Below are positions 60,361 to 64,000 of a stretch of 64,000 bases of DNA, piece after piece. Both the position numbers and the translations under genes were made by a program. The stretch spans positions 32,001-96,000 of the forward strand of contig JAOPTW010000006.1 in NCBI GenBank assembly GCA_051532035.1, in the 5' to 3' direction. The stretch's first letter is position 1, and every line of letters begins with the position of its first letter. The notes beneath the pieces were generated by a model. That model did no database searches. It was not told where the DNA came from and worked only from the letters and a program-made list of their open reading frames with translations. This DNA comes from Fibrobacterales bacterium (GTDB taxonomy: Bacteria > Fibrobacterota > Fibrobacteria > Fibrobacterales > JAOPTW01).

Positions 60361-60887
60361 TGTCGGGAGAGAAACAGTGGGAATATCAAACCAGCGAAAA
60401 TAATCGACAGCGCTTTACCATTGGTGAAAAAGGTAAACACACTCTTGTCTGTATTGGCATTAATCCAAGTACTGCCGCCCCTGGCAAGCTCGACAACACC
60501 ATGCGTGCAGTTAAAAACAGGTCAGCGGCACTCGGGTATGATTCGTGGATTATGATTAACGTATACCCTCAACGGGCCACCAACCCAGACACCATTCATA
60601 AAAACCTCCATAGAGATATTCACTTAGAGAACATTAGAGTTATCAAAGAACTGTTTAAAAATAAGGCGTATGATGTATGGGCAGCCTGGGGAACGCTTAT
60701 AGAGAAACGCCCCTTTTTAATGCCTTGTTTTCTTGATATCGTTAAAACTATCAATCCAAAATCACAATGGATTACTATTGGTGCCCTTTCTAAAAAAGGC
60801 CACCCTCACCATCCACTCTATCTCAGAAACAGCCTCCCTCTCGATACCTTTGACATTACAACTTACTGCCACCTACTAAAAAACTAA
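60360..60887 (+). CDS. DUF1643 family protein
   Basis: IGINPSTA...DNT, NVYPQRATNP, AAWG and GHPHHPLY motifs. Confidence 0.85.
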   Translation: MSGEKQWEYQTSENNRQRFTIGEKGKHTLVCIGINPSTAAPGKLDNTMRAVKNRSAALGYDSWIMINVYPQRATNPDTIHKNLHRDIHLENIRVIKELFKNKAYDVWAAWGTLIEKRPFLMPCFLDIVKTINPKSQWITIGALSKKGHPHHPLYLRNSLPLDTFDITTYCHLLKN

Positions 60888-60892
60888 AAGCA

Positions 60893-62074
60893 TTACAGTG
60901 AATAGCTGATTGCGGCACTCGCCTTATTCGCCTTAGCGCGCGCATCATCAGTTGAAGTACCGAGCGCAAGAGTCACACCCATTCTCCGTTCACCATCAAC
61001 TTCTGGCTTTCCAAAAAGGCGAAGTTGAGTATCCGGATCTTGAAGAGCTGCCTCCATTCCTGTAAAACTTACTTTGTCAGAAGTCCCTTCTACCAAAATC
61101 ACACTCGAAGCTGCTGGAGCATACTGTATAATATTAGGAATAGGGAGTCCAAGAATGGCACGAACATGGAGTGCAAACTCAGATAAATTTTGAGAGATCA
61201 TGGTCACCATACCAGTATCGTGTGGGCGAGGTGAAAGTTCAGAAAAATAAACCGTATCACCTTTAATAAAATATTCCACCCCAAAAATACCGCGACCACC
61301 CAATGCCTCAACCACAAGTTTTGCCATACGCTGCGCTTCTGCAAGTGCTTTTTCTGACATAATCTGTGGCTGCCACGACTCTTGATAATCGCCGCCCTCT
61401 TGACGGTGCCCTATTGGTGCGCAGTACGACACACCATCTTTATGACTAATAGTGAGCAATGTAATTTCATAATCAAAATCGACAAATCCTTCGATGATCA
61501 CTCTATCAGAACCACCACGACCACCTTCAATAGCATAACCCCATGCCGCGTCAACATCTGCCTCACTCTTTAGGGTACTCTGACCTTTACCTGAAGAGCT
61601 CATTATTGGTTTAATCACACAAGGAAAGCCAATTTCTTTCACTGCAGCCAGATACTCTTCTTTGGTACCGGCAAATTTATAAGGAGAAGTAGTCAGCCCC
61701 AACTCTTCTGCGGCAAGGCTCCTGATCCCTTCACGGTTCATTGTAAGGAGCGTTGCTTTAGCAGTAGGAATAACATTAAATCCCTCTTTCTCGAGTTCTA
61801 CCAACAAGTCCGTTGCAATTGCCTCCACTTCGGGAACAATATAATCGGGCTGTTCTTTGGTAATAACCGCTCTGAGCGCTTCAGCATCGAGCATTGAGAT
61901 AGTATAGGCTTTATGAGCCACCTGCATTGCGGGGGCATTTTCATACCGATCTACAGCAATTACTTCAACACCATATCGCTGAAGTTCTATCACGACCTCT
62001 TTACCCAGTTCGCCTGAGCCAAGCATCATAACTTTAGTTGCCGATTGTGAGAGAGGAGTTCCAAGAGTGAGCAT
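60893..62074 (-). CDS. purT: Formate-dependent GAR transformylase
   Basis: [31 protein letters not shown] and RRMGV motifs. Confidence 0.97.
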   Translation of the reverse strand: MLTLGTPLSQSATKVMMLGSGELGKEVVIELQRYGVEVIAVDRYENAPAMQVAHKAYTISMLDAEALRAVITKEQPDYIVPEVEAIATDLLVELEKEGFNVIPTAKATLLTMNREGIRSLAAEELGLTTSPYKFAGTKEEYLAAVKEIGFPCVIKPIMSSSGKGQSTLKSEADVDAAWGYAIEGGRGGSDRVIIEGFVDFDYEITLLTISHKDGVSYCAPIGHRQEGGDYQESWQPQIMSEKALAEAQRMAKLVVEALGGRGIFGVEYFIKGDTVYFSELSPRPHDTGMVTMISQNLSEFALHVRAILGLPIPNIIQYAPAASSVILVEGTSDKVSFTGMEAALQDPDTQLRLFGKPEVDGERRMGVTLALGTSTDDARAKANKASAAISYSL

Positions 62075-62291
62075 CGCGTACCTTATACTGTTGATAATTT
62101 GTGTCGCAAAATATAGGAAATTTTTCTACTGCTCTATTGCTAGATAGGTTGTTTTTGTCAATATCCCCCTCAGTTATCCAGCCCACATTATACGAAATAA
62201 ATGGATCTAACTTGGTCTAAATTACCATTTTTCGTACTGTAATAATTCAAAATGTGATACATTATACCCATATAACAAACCGCAAAAGATT

Positions 62292-63494
62292 ATGGATCTC
62301 TCAATATCAAAGACAGAACTCTGGGAACAGATTTGCAATGAGTACGACATAGCTCACAACCCATTAAAAGGGGTGCTCGAAGAGAAGATGATCACCATTA
62401 AAAACCTTTTACGGAACAACGGCATTAAGTGCATCGGTAAGTATCGAGTCAAAAACCGAGAAAGCTATTTTTCTAAGCTACAAAAGATCTATGACAACAA
62501 AGAGACTGAACTCCTCTCAGACCTTCTGGGCATAAGAATAGTGGCTCACTTTATGGAAGATGTCACTCATGCTGTCAATCTTATATCTGAACAATTTGAG
62601 GTCATCGAAACTGAAGTAAAAAGTGATCAGCTCTCCTTTAGGGAGTTCTCTTACGACTCAACCCATTTACTCATCACCCTCCCCGACACCTCCCTCCCTT
62701 TTATAACAGGGAATCAACGAGTTATTGAAATTCAGGTACGCACTACCCTTCAAGACGCATGGGCCGAGGTTGAACATGAGCTCATATATAAAAGCAATAT
62801 TCACTACCCCAACAAAATGATCAAGCGAAAAATGGCTTCGCTCAACGCATCGCTCACCCTCTCTGACATAATTTTTCAAGAGATACGGGACTATCAAAAT
62901 AACCTGATGGAGAACAAAGAGTCTCGCACTCAGTTAATGCATGAAAAAGCGTCACTCCTGAGTAAAGATGAATTCAACCTCCAAACGAAGAAAGAAGATA
63001 GCCCAACCAAACCCAACAAAGACAATAAAGAGTCCATTATTCATGAAGCTCTTCGCTGCCATAGTGCTGGTGATTACGATCAATCTATTTCACTCTACAC
63101 AAAAGCACTGGTACAAGACCTTGATGAACCCACTCTGTCGATTATCTATAATCATAGAGGCATGGCCTATTTTATGGAAGCGGAATACACCCTAGCCTTT
63201 AATGATTTCTCATTCTCACTTGCACACAACTCAGAAAACCACCGCACTTATACCAATCGAGGCATTATACACAAACTCTTTAAACGGTATGATGAAGCGA
63301 TTCAAGATTTCTTGACCTCCATTGAGCTCAATCACAATCAACCAGAGGTACTGCTCCACCTTGCCAAAACCTACCTCGAGGATGATCAACTCACCAATGC
63401 CCTCACTACGGTAAATCGCGCACAAAGCCTCGACCCAGCGCTTGATGAAGTACACCTTCTGCATCAACGCATCTCCAAAAAACTAATCCCTTAA
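62292..63494 (+). CDS. RelA/SpoT-type (p)ppGpp synthetase domain fused to TPR repeats
   Basis: YRVK, DLLGIRI, SYDSTHL, EIQVRT and WAEVEH motifs; C-terminal TPRs (IYNHRGMAYF, YTNRGII). Confidence 0.85.
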   Translation: MDLSISKTELWEQICNEYDIAHNPLKGVLEEKMITIKNLLRNNGIKCIGKYRVKNRESYFSKLQKIYDNKETELLSDLLGIRIVAHFMEDVTHAVNLISEQFEVIETEVKSDQLSFREFSYDSTHLLITLPDTSLPFITGNQRVIEIQVRTTLQDAWAEVEHELIYKSNIHYPNKMIKRKMASLNASLTLSDIIFQEIRDYQNNLMENKESRTQLMHEKASLLSKDEFNLQTKKEDSPTKPNKDNKESIIHEALRCHSAGDYDQSISLYTKALVQDLDEPTLSIIYNHRGMAYFMEAEYTLAFNDFSFSLAHNSENHRTYTNRGIIHKLFKRYDEAIQDFLTSIELNHNQPEVLLHLAKTYLEDDQLTNALTTVNRAQSLDPALDEVHLLHQRISKKLIP

Positions 63495-63620
63495 GGAGCA
63501 GGGCATTGCTAAAAAAACAAAAACAACAGAGCATTAACCATACAGCTTTGATATTTCATAACCAACAGCCGCACTTCTTCTCAATTTGTTCGTATACTCT
63601 TCTATGACAAGGAGAATACT

Positions 63621-64000
63621 ATGAAAAACCTATTTTTAATAAGCGCCTTTGGATTACTATTCTTCGGCTGTAGTAGTAACGGGCCTATTCAAGCACCATC
63701 AACACAAACCATTGCACAAGGAGTGCTCGCCCCGTGCCCCAGTAGCCCTAATTGTGTAGGGAGCTTTGAAAAGCAAACCGATGAACACTATATTGCCCCC
63801 CTTACCACGACTCTTGCGCCAGAAAAAATACTTGAAGAGCTCAAATCAATTATTAGCACGCAATCTAGAACAAATATAATCCAGACGAACACTAACTATC
63901 TTTATACAACCTACACATCACTGCTTCTTCGGTTTGTGGATGATGTTGAGTTCCTTATTATAAATGACACCATTCACATACGGTCAGCATCTCGCACCGG
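63621..64000 (+). CDS. DUF1499 family lipoprotein (truncated by the window end)
   Basis: Manual translation: MKNLFLISAFGLLFFGC...LAPCPSSPNCV...FVDDVEF...IHIRSASR, with an AGGAG SD. Confidence 0.88.
   Translation, partial: MKNLFLISAFGLLFFGCSSNGPIQAPSTQTIAQGVLAPCPSSPNCVGSFEKQTDEHYIAPLTTTLAPEKILEELKSIISTQSRTNIIQTNTNYLYTTYTSLLLRFVDDVEFLIINDTIHIRSASRT

Noticed and set aside
1..64000. Mobile elements, tRNA/rRNA and defence systems
   Set aside because: No transposase, integrase, cas, tRNA-like or rRNA-like sequence was recognised by eye.

Overview
AT-rich bacterial chromosome segment made mostly of housekeeping genes. The eukaryote-type HisA, HprK/HPr/EI without sugar permeases and the diderm envelope genes suggest a Fibrobacterota/FCB-like organism, probably flagellated; this assignment is inference only. 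Left part: partial GAF protein, TPR protein, uvrB, trkA, a DUF4954-like protein, M48 peptidase, His6-type hisA, a GT4 glycosyltransferase, a TetR-TolC-MFP-RND efflux operon, a partial T2SS/type IV filament cluster, a KirBac channel and a HAD hydrolase. Middle: a long minus-strand run lptC-lptA-lptB-rpoN-hpf-hprK-mlaD-mlaD-ptsH-ptsI-slt-DMT-mlaE-murJ, followed by an LppC/LpoA-like gene. Right part: M23 peptidase, two DivK-like regulators, a TrmH-family methylase, ispA, zapB-zapA, class I fumarase, ilvD, rhomboid, a ModF-like ATPase, DUF1643, purT, a RelA/SpoT-TPR fusion and partial DUF1499. No tRNA, rRNA, CRISPR array or transposase was seen. The most interesting signals are non-coding. (1) Three sigma-28 (FliA)-type promoters: one precedes a cluster of CsrA/RsmA-type GGA hairpins (candidate sponge sRNA), one precedes a GGA-rich leader of a small gene, and one precedes a terminator-bounded ~125-nt orphan sRNA. 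(2) Two tandem rod-shaped RNAs follow zapA: a 6S-like RNA and a second structured RNA. (3) An AT-rich array of DnaA-box-like TTATCAACA repeats lies between fumarase and ilvD.
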